DNA of 61,620 nucleotides, counting the filler, from Actinomycetales bacterium (GTDB taxonomy: Bacteria > Actinomycetota > Actinomycetes > Actinomycetales > CAVURS01), in assembly GCA_045807245.1 (NCBI GenBank). It is 4 parts of 4 records of this genome, joined end to end, with 100 filler letters (N's around TTAATTAATTAA, not from the genome) between each part and the next. Parts side by side here need not be neighbours in the genome. Positions count along the whole stretch, not along the records: positions 21,126 to 38,206 come from JBJMHS010000075.1; positions 38,307 to 51,043 come from JBJMHS010000079.1; 2 more parts are not named here. One strand, given 5' to 3'. Positions 30,224 through 39,715 of the stretch are shown here, in pieces. The notes under the pieces are model-generated. The model made no database searches. It saw only the letters and a list, made by a program, of their open reading frames with translations, and was not told the origin of the DNA. The translations under genes were made by a program, and so were the position numbers. Numbering within the stretch: position 1 is the first letter of the stretch; the number at the start of each line of letters is the position of its first letter.

Positions 30224-33181
30224 CTACCAGCGCGGGGCTGACGCGATGAGCTCGACCAGCTGCTCCGCCGTCATGGGCCGGCCCATCAAGTAGCCCTGGG
30301 CCCGGTCACAGCCGGCCCGGCGCAGTGCCTCGAGCTGCTCGAGGGTCTCGACGCCCTCGCCCACGACCACGAGGTCGTGCGCGTGGGCCAGGTCGATGAC
30401 TGCCGCGACGATCGCGTCGTCGCGCGCGCTCGCGCCCAGGCGGCTGACGAACGACCGGTCGATCTTGAGGAACTCCAACGAGAAGCTTTGCAGGTAGGCG
30501 AGCGCGGAGTACCCGGTGCCGAAGTCGTCCAGCCCGATGTCGAGGCCCAGCTCGCGCAGCTGTTCGAGCGCCTCCCGTACGGCGGGTGTCGCGGCGAGCA
30601 GCGTGCGCTCGGTCAGCTCGATCCGGATCATCGACCGCGGGATGTCGTGGCGCCGGATCGCGTTGGCCGCCCGGCGGACGAAGTTCGGGTCCTCCAGGGT
30701 GCGGGCCGAGACGTTGGTCGTGAGGCGGCGGATGGGGACGCGGTGATCGCGCAGCCGTCCTGCCTCAGCTGCTACGAGCTCGAACATGCGAGCGTCCACC
30801 TCGACGATGAGCCCGGTCTCCTCGGCCACGTCGATGAAGCCGGCCGGCGCCACGAGTACGCCCTCGTCCTGGATCCGGACCAAGGCCTCGGCGCCGGTGA
30901 TCCCACCCTCGTGCAGGTCGACGATCGGCTGGAACAGCGGCACCAGCCCGTCCTGCGCCAACGCCCGGCGCAGCAACGTCTCCGCGGTGAGCCGGCGGTC
31001 CGCACTGGCCCGCAGCTCGGCGTCGAACAGCGCGTACTGGTCGCGGCCGCTGTCCTTGGCGCGGTACAGCGCCAGATCCGCCTCCCGGTACAGGTCGGAC
31101 GCCAGGCGGCCGGCCTCCGACGCGATGGACACGCCCATGCTCATGGTGGCCGAGATCGGCGGCTGGCCCAGGCCGACGTCGAACGGCCGTCGCATCGCGT
31201 CGAGGATCCGCCGCGCGACGGGATGGATGAGCTCCGGGCCGCTCAGTCCCTCGACCAGGACGACGAACTCGTCACCACCGAGACGCGCGACGGTGCAGTC
31301 GCCCCGGGTCACGGCCTCCAGGCGCCGGCCCACCTCGACCAGCAGGGAGTCGCCGACCTGGTGACCGAGCGAGTCGTTGACCGTCTTGAACCGGTCGACG
31401 TCCAGCAACAGCATGGCCAGGGAACCGTGGGTACGCTCCAGGCAGGCCAGCGCGTGGTCCAACCGGTCGTTGAGCAGGGTGCGGTTGGCCAGTCCGGTCA
31501 ACGTGTCGGTCAGCGCGAGCCGCTTCAGCTCGGCCTGCTCGCGGATCCGGTCGCTGATGTCGACTGCGTGCGTGATGAGGTACGGCCGCTCGCCGGTCTG
31601 GACCACCGAGCTGGTGATCCACGCGTGGACCGTCCGGCCCTTGCTGTCGAGGTAGCGCTTCTCGAACGCGATCGACGACACCTCGCCGGCGACCAGCTTG
31701 GCGAAGGCGATCTCGTCGCGGGCTCGGTCGTCGGGATGCGTCAGCTCACCGATGCGCGCCCGGAGGAGCTCCTCCTCGGTCCGGCCGAGCATGGCCTGGA
31801 ACGCCGCGTTGGTCCGCAGGTACTTCCCGACGTTTTCGTGGGTCAGGCCGATCATCGACATGCCGATCGGCGCCAGGTCGAAGGCGACCCGGAAGTGCTC
31901 CTCGCTGGCCAGCAGGCGCGCGGCGTACTCCTGCTCGTCGGTGATGTCGAGCGCCGTACCCCACAGATGCGTCACCCGCCCCTCGCGGTCCTTGCGCAGG
32001 TCGGTCCAGGCCCGCACGTGCACGACAGCACCGCCTGGATGCACCACGCGGTACGTCGTCTCCTCCGGCACGCCGGTGGCGATCTGACGCTCGCCCATGG
32101 CGGTGAGCCGCTCGAGGTCGTCCGGGTGGAGCCGGCCGAGGAAGTCGTCCAGCGTCGGCTGCGGTCCGCTCGGGTCGAAGCCCATCAGCTCGGTCATCCG
32201 GGCCGACCAGATGAGCCGACCGGAGGCGACGTCCCACTCCCACATGGCGGTGGCGTTCAGGTCGAGGGCCGCTGCCAGCTTGGCCCGCCCGTCGGAGGCC
32301 CGCTCCAGCGCCACTTCGCGGTCCGTGACGTCGATCGTCGCGCCGAGGACCCGGGCGGCGACGCCGGCCTCGTCGCACTGCACGTCGGTCCACGACTGGA
32401 GGTGGTGCACGGACCCGTCCGGGTGTACGACGCGGAAGGTCTCCCGGTGGCCGCTGTCGAAGCCGTGGTTGCGCAGCGCCGTCGCCGCGGGCCGGTCCTC
32501 GGGATGCAGCAGAGCGAGGAACTCCTCGTGGTCCGGCGGTTCCTGACGGCCGGTGAGACCGACCAGAGCAAACATCTCGTCCGACCAGACGTGCTGACCG
32601 GTCGCCAGATCCAGCTCCCACCAGGCCAGGCCGGTCAGGTGCTGGGCCGCGCGCAGGCGGCTCTCCCGCGCGAGCCGGGTCTCCTCGTAGAGGCGCTGCG
32701 CCGTGATGTCGGTGAACGCTGTGACCACGCCGCTGATCTCACCGTTGTCGTCATGCAACGGAATCGAGTTCACCGAGAGCCAGACCAGGTCGCCGCCCGG
32801 CGTGTGCACGCCGACGACGTCGGCCCATCGCGGCGTCCCTGTCGCCATGGCCAACATGGCCGGATGCTCGGAGCCGGGCCGCTCCCGCCCGTCGGCATAC
32901 ACGGTCCGCCAGGAGGAGGACAGGCTGCCCCCACCGACCATCCGCTCCGGCGTAAGGCTCAGGATCTGGCTGGCCGCCGGGTTGCTCATCAGGATGACGC
33001 CGCCGAGATCCTGGACGACCAGCCCCTCGGCGAGGGCGTCCGTCGCCACGTGCCAGGCCTGGGGGTCGACCGGCATGCGCGCCGGCCCGTCGAGCATCTG
33101 GCCGCTGGGCAGGGTCGAGCCATCCGGGGCACGGCGCTGCTGAGGCACCGGCCAGATCTGGTTGGCGGCCCTGGCGGTCAC
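30224..33181 (-). CDS. Multi-PAS GGDEF-EAL diguanylate cyclase/phosphodiesterase
   Basis: Four PAS/PAC repeats (three with HP(D/E)D), ARLGGDEF, AEALVR, LDDFGTGYS and KIDRSF motifs. Confidence 0.93.
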   Translation of the reverse strand: MTARAANQIWPVPQQRRAPDGSTLPSGQMLDGPARMPVDPQAWHVATDALAEGLVVQDLGGVILMSNPAASQILSLTPERMVGGGSLSSSWRTVYADGRERPGSEHPAMLAMATGTPRWADVVGVHTPGGDLVWLSVNSIPLHDDNGEISGVVTAFTDITAQRLYEETRLARESRLRAAQHLTGLAWWELDLATGQHVWSDEMFALVGLTGRQEPPDHEEFLALLHPEDRPAATALRNHGFDSGHRETFRVVHPDGSVHHLQSWTDVQCDEAGVAARVLGATIDVTDREVALERASDGRAKLAAALDLNATAMWEWDVASGRLIWSARMTELMGFDPSGPQPTLDDFLGRLHPDDLERLTAMGERQIATGVPEETTYRVVHPGGAVVHVRAWTDLRKDREGRVTHLWGTALDITDEQEYAARLLASEEHFRVAFDLAPIGMSMIGLTHENVGKYLRTNAAFQAMLGRTEEELLRARIGELTHPDDRARDEIAFAKLVAGEVSSIAFEKRYLDSKGRTVHAWITSSVVQTGERPYLITHAVDISDRIREQAELKRLALTDTLTGLANRTLLNDRLDHALACLERTHGSLAMLLLDVDRFKTVNDSLGHQVGDSLLVEVGRRLEAVTRGDCTVARLGGDEFVVLVEGLSGPELIHPVARRILDAMRRPFDVGLGQPPISATMSMGVSIASEAGRLASDLYREADLALYRAKDSGRDQYALFDAELRASADRRLTAETLLRRALAQDGLVPLFQPIVDLHEGGITGAEALVRIQDEGVLVAPAGFIDVAEETGLIVEVDARMFELVAAEAGRLRDHRVPIRRLTTNVSARTLEDPNFVRRAANAIRRHDIPRSMIRIELTERTLLAATPAVREALEQLRELGLDIGLDDFGTGYSALAYLQSFSLEFLKIDRSFVSRLGASARDDAIVAAVIDLAHAHDLVVVGEGVETLEQLEALRRAGCDRAQGYLMGRPMTAEQLVELIASAPRW

Positions 33182-33188
33182 CTCGTAC

Positions 33189-33217
33189 TCATCGGCCGGT
33201 GACGGTGTCCGATTGAG
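33189..33217 (-). promoter_or_regulatory. WhiG/FliA (sigma-28)-type promoter
   Basis: Minus strand CTCAA-N16-GCCGATGA ending 7 nt before the GTG start. Confidence 0.65.
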
Positions 33218-33265
33218 GCGTTCCGGAATTCGCCAGCCCTGGGCCCGGTGTGAGCGGCTGCCGGC

Positions 33266-33901
33266 TCAGCGGATCCGGGCGGCGTCGTCGACCTGGACGG
33301 AGTAGCCCGCGGACAGGACCGCGACCGAGGCGGGGGGCGTGAGCACGTCCGCGTCCCCGCGGGCCGGGCGCCGCTGGGCCGCCCCGTAGCCCGCGGTCGT
33401 CCAGGGAACGAGCCGGTCGGCCAGCACCAGCGCCGGCCCGGACTCGGCGACCACGAACGCCCCTTCGGGCAGGCTCGGCCAAGGCAAGGCATGGGTACGA
33501 CGGCGGTGCGTCCCCCGGACCAGGCGCTCGCCATGCAGGCGCCGGTTCATGTCAGCCGCACTCGGCCGGTCGACGCCGAGGCCGTCCATCCAGGCCTGGC
33601 GATAGGCCACGTAGTCGGCCCAGCGGCACTCGGCGCAGGGCCGGTGCCCGGCCGCGAGCGCGACGGCCTCGTCGTGGAAGTACAGCCAGGTGAAGCGTCG
33701 CGGCCGCCACTGCTCATGCCAGCGGTCGTTGAAACGCAGCGCGCAGATGATCCAGAGGTTGGAGCCGTGGAACCGGACGACGCGCGCCGAGTCTCCCTCG
33801 CCCTCGTGCAGGCGGCCGCGGTTGCCGGTCCAGGCGCCACGCAGCGGTACCGCGACGACGTCACCCGTCGGGGTGACCCGGTTCTGCCGAGGGGCGGCCA
33901 T
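33266..33901 (-). CDS. Conserved hypothetical protein with Cys/His motif ALAAGHRPCAECR
   Basis: NRVTPTG...GNRG.LH...WIIC...FHDEAVALAAGHRPCAECR; coding-like codon bias. Confidence 0.75.
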   Translation of the reverse strand: MAAPRQNRVTPTGDVVAVPLRGAWTGNRGRLHEGEGDSARVVRFHGSNLWIICALRFNDRWHEQWRPRRFTWLYFHDEAVALAAGHRPCAECRWADYVAYRQAWMDGLGVDRPSAADMNRRLHGERLVRGTHRRRTHALPWPSLPEGAFVVAESGPALVLADRLVPWTTAGYGAAQRRPARGDADVLTPPASVAVLSAGYSVQVDDAARIR

Positions 33902-33923
33902 CGTCGTCGGCGGGCAGCCGCGC

Positions 33924-34796
33924 TCAGAGCTTGGCCGCCTCGGGGATGATCCGCTCGCCGAACACCTCGACGATGCGCGGCGACGAGGTGTCCACGAGGC
34001 TGGTGTGCACGTGGCTGAAGCCCATCGCCGCGTACTGGGCCAGGTCTTCGAGGATCTCGTCCGCGTGCTCGCCGTTCGCGCCCGGCTGCAGGCGCAGGAG
34101 CACCGTCTTCTCGATGTCGTCGTAGTCGCGGCCGACCGTCTCGCAGTGCCCACGCAGGACGTCGAGCTTGTGCTCGAGCTCCGGAATGGGGAACAGGTTG
34201 CAGGCCTGCGCGTACTGCGCGACCAGACGCAACGTCTTCCGCTCACCGCCGCCGCCGATCAGGATCGGCGGGTGCGGCCGGCGTACCGGCTGGGGCGAGT
34301 TGAGGGTGCGCCCGAGCTGGTAGTGCTTGCCGACGTACGGGCCTTCGTCGTCGCTCCACATCTGCAGGCAGATCTGCAACGTCTCCTCCAGCCGCTCGAA
34401 CCGCTCGGCCGTCGAGGGGAACGGCAGACCGAGCCCCTCGCACTCCTCCTGGTTCCAGGCCGCCCCGAGCCCCAGCCAGGCGCGCCCGTTCGACAGTACG
34501 TCCAAGGTGCTGACCTCCTTGGCGAGCAGCCCCGGCTGGCGATAGACCGCGGCGGTCACCCAGGCCAACAGCTCGACCCGCTCGGTCACCGCCGCCAGAT
34601 ACCCGAGCGTCGTGTATGCCTCGAGCATCGGGTCCTCGCGCGGACCCACTCCGCGGATCTGCCAGACGTGGTCCATCACCGACAGCTTGGTGAAGCCGGC
34701 CTCCTCGGCGACCTGAGCGGTCCGCCGTACATCGGTGGCGAGGGCTGCCGGCCCGTCGGGGAAGGTGAAGTTCGGCAGGTGAAGTCCGAGGTCCAT
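33924..34796 (-). CDS. LLM-class F420-dependent oxidoreductase
   Basis: VMDHVWQI, EAYTTLG, LDVLSNGRA and ILIGGGGERKTL motifs. Confidence 0.9.
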   Translation of the reverse strand: MDLGLHLPNFTFPDGPAALATDVRRTAQVAEEAGFTKLSVMDHVWQIRGVGPREDPMLEAYTTLGYLAAVTERVELLAWVTAAVYRQPGLLAKEVSTLDVLSNGRAWLGLGAAWNQEECEGLGLPFPSTAERFERLEETLQICLQMWSDDEGPYVGKHYQLGRTLNSPQPVRRPHPPILIGGGGERKTLRLVAQYAQACNLFPIPELEHKLDVLRGHCETVGRDYDDIEKTVLLRLQPGANGEHADEILEDLAQYAAMGFSHVHTSLVDTSSPRIVEVFGERIIPEAAKL

Positions 34797-34862
34797 GCTC
34801 GGCACGCTAGCTCGGGCTCCCGCCAGGCTGCGCGGCGGCCCGGTGGGTGGCAGCCTCGGCGC

Positions 34863-35246
34863 ATGATCGGTCGCCTGCATCACCTGGTCATCGACTGCCC
34901 GTACCCCGACGTGCTGGCCGACTTCTGGTCAGCGCTGCTCGGGCAACCAGTGACCTACCGGTCGCCGGACTTCGTCGTGGTGGCGCCCGACGACACGACA
35001 TCGGGGCTGGCGTTCCAGCTCGCGCCCGACCATCAGCCGCCGCGGTGGCCCGATCCGGACCATCCTCAGCAGATGCATCTCGACGTGATGGTCGACGACG
35101 TCGCCGTAGCCGGGCCGCAGGCGGAGGCGCTGGGCGCCCGCCGGCTGACCGACTCCGTATACGCCGACCCGGCCGGCCACCCGTTCTGCCTCATCCCCCG
35201 TCCGACCTGGGCTCCACCGATCAGCGCTGTGGAGCTGCCCGGCTGA
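34863..35246 (+). CDS. VOC/glyoxalase-family protein
   Basis: LVIDC...LADFW, LAFQ, QQMHLD and DPAGHPFC motifs. Confidence 0.88.
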   Translation: MIGRLHHLVIDCPYPDVLADFWSALLGQPVTYRSPDFVVVAPDDTTSGLAFQLAPDHQPPRWPDPDHPQQMHLDVMVDDVAVAGPQAEALGARRLTDSVYADPAGHPFCLIPRPTWAPPISAVELPG

Positions 35247-35369
35247 CCCCCGACCGCTGCGCACGCTCTCGTCCGGTGCGCTTACCCGGTCAACGAGCCG
35301 CGCGGAAGTACGTTGACTTCCGTCGGCTCGCTGTCGGGGCGGGCGGTCATGCCAATGGAGGGAGCTGTC

Positions 35370-36800
35370 ATGTCGCTGTTCAGCTGGGAGCTGGTCCACG
35401 GCGGCCAGACTCCGCCGCCGGGCGAGTCGGTCGGACCGATGCAGCGGCTGAGCTGGGGCCGCACGGTCGGCCTCGGTGCCCAACACGTGGTCGCGATGTT
35501 CGGCGCCACCTTCGTGTTCCCGCTCGTCATGGGGCTGGACCCGAACTTGGCCATCCTGTTCTCCGGCGTCTGCACGATCATGTTCCTGCTCATCGTCCAG
35601 AACCGGGTGCCGAGCTACCTGGGCACGAGCGCCTCGTTCGTGGCCGGTGTCGCGGCGATCCGGGGGCAGGGCGGTGACTCGGCCGACGTCACCGGTTCGA
35701 TCCTGGTGGCCGGCATCGTGCTGGCGGTCGTCGGCCTCCTCATCCACTTCGCGGGTGGCCACTGGATCCACGTGATCCTCCCGCCGGCCGTCACGGGCGC
35801 CGTGGTCATGCTGATCGGGTTCAACCTGGCGCCGGTCGTCGCCGGCATCTACTGGCCGCAGGACCAGTGGATCGCGTTGATCACCGCGGCGTTCATGGTA
35901 TTGGCAGCCGTACTGCTACCGGGGTTCTTCTCCCGCATCGCGGTCTTCCTCGCATTGATCTTCGGGTACCTGCTCTCCTGGCTCGCGGACAAGACGTTCG
36001 GCCAGCTCCACTCGATCACCGGTGCAGACCTGACCAAGGAGATCGACCACTACCGGGTCAGCTGGTCCGGCGTGAAGAGCGCCGACTGGATCGGCTTCCC
36101 CTCCGGCAAGCTGGCCGACGGCGTCTCGGTGGTGCACGGGCCGAGCTTCTCGCTCACCTTCATCCTGCTGGTGCTGCCGGGCGTCATCGCACTGGTGGCG
36201 GAGAACACCGGGCACGTCAAGGCGGTCGCCCAGATGACCGGCGACGACCTCGACCCGTACATGGGCCGGGCGATCGCGGCCGACGGTACGGCGACGGCGC
36301 TCGCGAGCCTGTTCGGCGGCTCACCGACCACGACGTACGCCGAGAACATCGGTGTCATGGGTGCGACCAGGGTGTACTCGACCGCGGCGTACTACGTCGC
36401 AGCGGTCGTCGCGATCCTGCTCGGCCTGTGCCCGAAGTTCGGCCAGATCGTCAGCGCGACTCCGGGTGGCGTCCTGGGCGGGATCACGGTCGTGCTGTAC
36501 GGGATGATCGGCCTGGTCGGCGCCAAGATCTGGGTCGAGAACGGCGTGGACTTCGGCAACCCGGTCAACATGGTCGGGCTGGCCGCCGGCCTGATCGCGG
36601 GCATCGGCGGCGTGACGCTGAAGATCACCGACAACTTCTCGCTCAGCGGGATCGCGCTCGGCACGATCCTCGTCATCGTGTTCTTCCACATGGTCAAGTG
36701 GCGGGCCCCCGAGCTCGCCGACAGCGAGACGACCCGGGTGCTCGGCGGGAGCGGTACCGGAGCGGAGTATCGGGACGACAGGGCCGGCGACGGAGCCTGA
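35370..36800 (+). CDS. Uracil/xanthine permease (NCS2)
   Basis: GAQHVVAMFG, PSYLGTS and TTYAENIG signatures. Confidence 0.92.
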   Translation: MSLFSWELVHGGQTPPPGESVGPMQRLSWGRTVGLGAQHVVAMFGATFVFPLVMGLDPNLAILFSGVCTIMFLLIVQNRVPSYLGTSASFVAGVAAIRGQGGDSADVTGSILVAGIVLAVVGLLIHFAGGHWIHVILPPAVTGAVVMLIGFNLAPVVAGIYWPQDQWIALITAAFMVLAAVLLPGFFSRIAVFLALIFGYLLSWLADKTFGQLHSITGADLTKEIDHYRVSWSGVKSADWIGFPSGKLADGVSVVHGPSFSLTFILLVLPGVIALVAENTGHVKAVAQMTGDDLDPYMGRAIAADGTATALASLFGGSPTTTYAENIGVMGATRVYSTAAYYVAAVVAILLGLCPKFGQIVSATPGGVLGGITVVLYGMIGLVGAKIWVENGVDFGNPVNMVGLAAGLIAGIGGVTLKITDNFSLSGIALGTILVIVFFHMVKWRAPELADSETTRVLGGSGTGAEYRDDRAGDGA

Positions 36801-36808
36801 GGACCAGG

Positions 36809-36854
36809 GCTCGGCTCCCGTCCCGTGGGGACGGGCCTGGGACGGGAGCCGAGC
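36809..36854. terminator. Bidirectional hairpin terminator between convergent genes
   Basis: Perfect 16-bp inverted repeat GCTCGGCTCCCGTCCC / GGGACGGGAGCCGAGC. Confidence 0.8.
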
Positions 36855-36881
36855 GGTCGGGTCAGTTCGGTCGGTGGTCGG

Positions 36882-38204
36882 TCACACCGGACCGGAACAG
36901 GCCGGGATCCGCACGGCGTTGCGCACCGTCGCGCTAGGACCCCCGTTGTGCAGCACCGTCTGGCCGTCCGACACGACGGTCGTCGAGGTGCCGGCCGAGT
37001 TCGTCACCGTGAGCCGCACCTGGTAGCGAGCAACGCCGGCGAACTGGTGCGACGCGGCGGGCGAGGGCGTCGTGACCTGCGCCGTACCGTCACCGAAGTC
37101 CCAGGTGTAGCTGGCGATGCTCCCGCTCGGGGTCGAGGAGCCGCTCGCGTTGAACGTCGAGGCTCCGGTCGGGCAGACCAGCGTCGAGGTGAAGGCGGCG
37201 ACCGGCGCCTGGTCCGGAGGCGTCGTCACCGAAGTCAGGTCCGAGCTGTACAGCGCGCCCAGGTTGTACGACGTCGTGACGGTGTTCGACGGGACGTCGA
37301 TCGTCACCAGCAGGTCGACCGCGCCCTGCTCGCCACGGGTGTAGGTGTACAGCTTCGACCCGTCCGGCGAGAACGCGGCGTCGTTGACCACGGGCCACGG
37401 GACCGTGTTCTGGATCGGCACGACCTGCCCGGCCAGCAGGTACAGCGCATCGACCGGTAGCGCGAAGTACTGGCGGTTGGCGGCGTCTCCACCGACGACG
37501 TAGAGCAGGTGCTGGTCTGGCGACAGCGCCAGGCCAAGCTTCGTGCTGCCGGCCCCCGAAGCGGTGCTGCCGGGCAGGCCGACCTGGTTGCTGATGGTGA
37601 ACGACTGGAGGTTGATCTTGAACAGCACCGCGCCGGAGCTGCCGACGATGTCGCCGATCACGTACGCCGTTGCCCCGTCGGCGCTCAGCTTGATCGCACC
37701 GGCGAGCTGTCCCAGGTCGAGGCTGGACTGGATGCTGCCGTTGCGCGGGTTGACCTTGAGGAACCGGTTGCCGGCGCTGGCATAGACGAAACGCCCATCC
37801 GGCGATACGGCGACCGCATGGAGGTCACCGCCGAGTGCGATCGGCGGGTCGGCGACTCGGGCCGAGATGGTGATCCGGGTCAGCGAGTCGCCCGAGCCGA
37901 CGTACGCCATGGTGCCGTCCGGCGAGAGGGCCAGCCGGCTGGCCCGGGTCTCCGAGGTCCCGATGCTCGCGATGACGCCGCGCACCGCCTGCGTTGCCGT
38001 GTCGACCGCGATGAGGTCGAGCTGACCCGGTCCGAAGTAGTTGTCACCGCGCAGGACGTACGTGGTCACCCCGTCCGGCGAGACAGCGGCGTCCTCGTCG
38101 GCGCCCCACACACCGGTGCTGACGGCCGAGGGGTCCCCTCCGACGCCGTCGTAGAAGTAGGTCTCGTCCGTCGCCAGGTTCGTGATGATGGCGGCGGGCG
38201 GAGG
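36882..38204 (-). CDS. Beta-propeller (YncE-like) plus PKD-domain surface protein, 5' end cut by contig break
   Basis: Repeated (L/V)SPDG..(A/V)Y blades; PKD YTWDFGDG...YQVRLTVT; frame open to the contig edge. Confidence 0.85.
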   Translation of the reverse strand, partial: PPPAAIITNLATDETYFYDGVGGDPSAVSTGVWGADEDAAVSPDGVTTYVLRGDNYFGPGQLDLIAVDTATQAVRGVIASIGTSETRASRLALSPDGTMAYVGSGDSLTRITISARVADPPIALGGDLHAVAVSPDGRFVYASAGNRFLKVNPRNGSIQSSLDLGQLAGAIKLSADGATAYVIGDIVGSSGAVLFKINLQSFTISNQVGLPGSTASGAGSTKLGLALSPDQHLLYVVGGDAANRQYFALPVDALYLLAGQVVPIQNTVPWPVVNDAAFSPDGSKLYTYTRGEQGAVDLLVTIDVPSNTVTTSYNLGALYSSDLTSVTTPPDQAPVAAFTSTLVCPTGASTFNASGSSTPSGSIASYTWDFGDGTAQVTTPSPAASHQFAGVARYQVRLTVTNSAGTSTTVVSDGQTVLHNGGPSATVRNAVRIPACSGPV

Positions 38205-38206
38205 CG

Positions 38207-38306
38207 NNNNNNNNNNNNNNNNNNNNNNNNNNNNNNNNNNNNNNNNNNNNTTAATTAATTAANNNNNNNNNNNNNNNNNNNNNNNNNNNNNNNNNNNNNN
38301 NNNNNN
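38207..38306. other. Artificial contig linker
   Basis: N44-TTAATTAATTAA-N44. Confidence 0.98.
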
Positions 38307-38307
38307 C

Positions 38308-38568
38308 CGGGCCAAGAAGATGGCGATCAAGGACCTGCTCACGACCGGTCAGCGCGGCATCCGGGTCGAACACCTGCTGTCCTCGTGCGTGGACGAGTTC
38401 AAGGAGAACGAGGACCTGCCCAACACGACCAACCCGGACGACTGGGCCCGCATCTCCGGCAAGAAGGGCGAGCGGATCGTCTACATCCGCACGCTCATCA
38501 CAGGCAAGGCCGGCACGGAGCCGGGCCGGTCGATCGACACCGTCGCCAACACCGGCCAGTACCTCTAG
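38308..38568 (+). CDS. arc: Proteasome ATPase ARC/Mpa, C-terminal fragment
   Basis: [31 protein letters not shown] and C-terminal GQYL gate motif. Confidence 0.95.
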   Translation, partial: RAKKMAIKDLLTTGQRGIRVEHLLSSCVDEFKENEDLPNTTNPDDWARISGKKGERIVYIRTLITGKAGTEPGRSIDTVANTGQYL

Positions 38569-38593
38569 CCCCTGCTTCGGTAACGTCCGCGGC

Positions 38594-39715
38594 ATGCCGC
38601 AGCCGTTGCGCCGTTCCTCGTTGGTCGTCTCGGCCGGGCGACCGGAGCGGCGCCCGGGCGCTCCGGTCAACGAGCCGATCGCACTGTCGGTCACCTTCCA
38701 TGCCGGTGACGACGACGCGAACTACCTGCGCCACTCCAGCAGCGCCACCATCCGCGCCTTCGAGTCGGCTGTCGGAGCCCTGGAGGGCGGGGACGCCCTC
38801 GCCTTCTCCTCCGGCATGGCGGCCATCGCAGCCGTAGTCGAGGGTCTGCCCACGGGCTCGGTCGCCGTGGTGCCACGGTCGGTCTACTCGGCAACGAGCA
38901 CGATCTTCGCCGAGCAGGAGCGACTGGGCCGCCTCACCGTCCGCCGCGTCGACATCACCGAGACGGACGACGTTCTGAATGCGCTGCCCGGGGCTGACCT
39001 GCTCTGGGTCGAGTCGCCGACCAACCCGCTCGTCGGCGTGGCCGACCTGCCGGTGCTCGCGGCCGCCGCGCACGGGGTCGGGGCGCTGGTCTGCGTCGAC
39101 TCCACCTGGAACTCACCGCTCGTGCTGAGACCTCTCGAGTACGGCGCCGACGTGGTCATGCACTCGGCCACCAAGTACCTGGCCGGCCACTCCGACGTCC
39201 TGCTGGGCGTGCTGGTCACCGACCAGCCGGAGCTGCGCGCCGGCCTGCGCAGCCGACGCGACCTGACGGGGGCCATCCCGGGCGGGCTCGAGACGTACCT
39301 CGCGCTGCGCGGGCTGCGCACGCTCGCCGTACGGATGGACCGGGCCCAGGCCAACGCCGGCGAGCTGGCCCGCCGGCTGGCCGCGCACCCAGGCGTTTCG
39401 CTGGTGCGCTACCCGGGTCTGCCGGACGATCCGGGGCACGAGCGCGCGACCCGGCTGCACGACGGGTACGGCGCGATGATCGCCTTCGAGCTCCGCGGCG
39501 ACGCCGAGGTGGCCGAGGCCGTGTGCGGCCGGGTCGGGCTCATCGCCAACGCCACGAGCCTCGGCGGCGTCGAGTCGCTCATCGAACGCCGCGCGAAGTA
39601 CCCCGTGGACGCCGCGAACGGCACACCCGAGAACCTCATCCGGCTCTCGGTCGGCATCGAGGACGTCGAGGACCTCTGGGCCGACCTCGAGCAGGCGCTC
39701 AGCCAGCAGCGTTAG
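38594..39715 (+). CDS. PLP-dependent trans-sulfuration enzyme (cystathionine gamma-synthase/lyase family)
   Basis: FSSGMAA, WVESPTNP, HSATKYLAGHSD, SLGGVESL and RLSVGIED motifs. Confidence 0.9.
   Translation: MPQPLRRSSLVVSAGRPERRPGAPVNEPIALSVTFHAGDDDANYLRHSSSATIRAFESAVGALEGGDALAFSSGMAAIAAVVEGLPTGSVAVVPRSVYSATSTIFAEQERLGRLTVRRVDITETDDVLNALPGADLLWVESPTNPLVGVADLPVLAAAAHGVGALVCVDSTWNSPLVLRPLEYGADVVMHSATKYLAGHSDVLLGVLVTDQPELRAGLRSRRDLTGAIPGGLETYLALRGLRTLAVRMDRAQANAGELARRLAAHPGVSLVRYPGLPDDPGHERATRLHDGYGAMIAFELRGDAEVAEAVCGRVGLIANATSLGGVESLIERRAKYPVDAANGTPENLIRLSVGIEDVEDLWADLEQALSQQR

Noticed and set aside
30377..33202. 941-aa plus-strand ORF and many other long antisense or alternate-frame ORFs (e.g. 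39523-41739, 49060-51099, 25091-27055)
   Set aside because: Shadow ORFs typical of ~70% GC DNA, lying opposite well-supported genes and lacking domain motifs.
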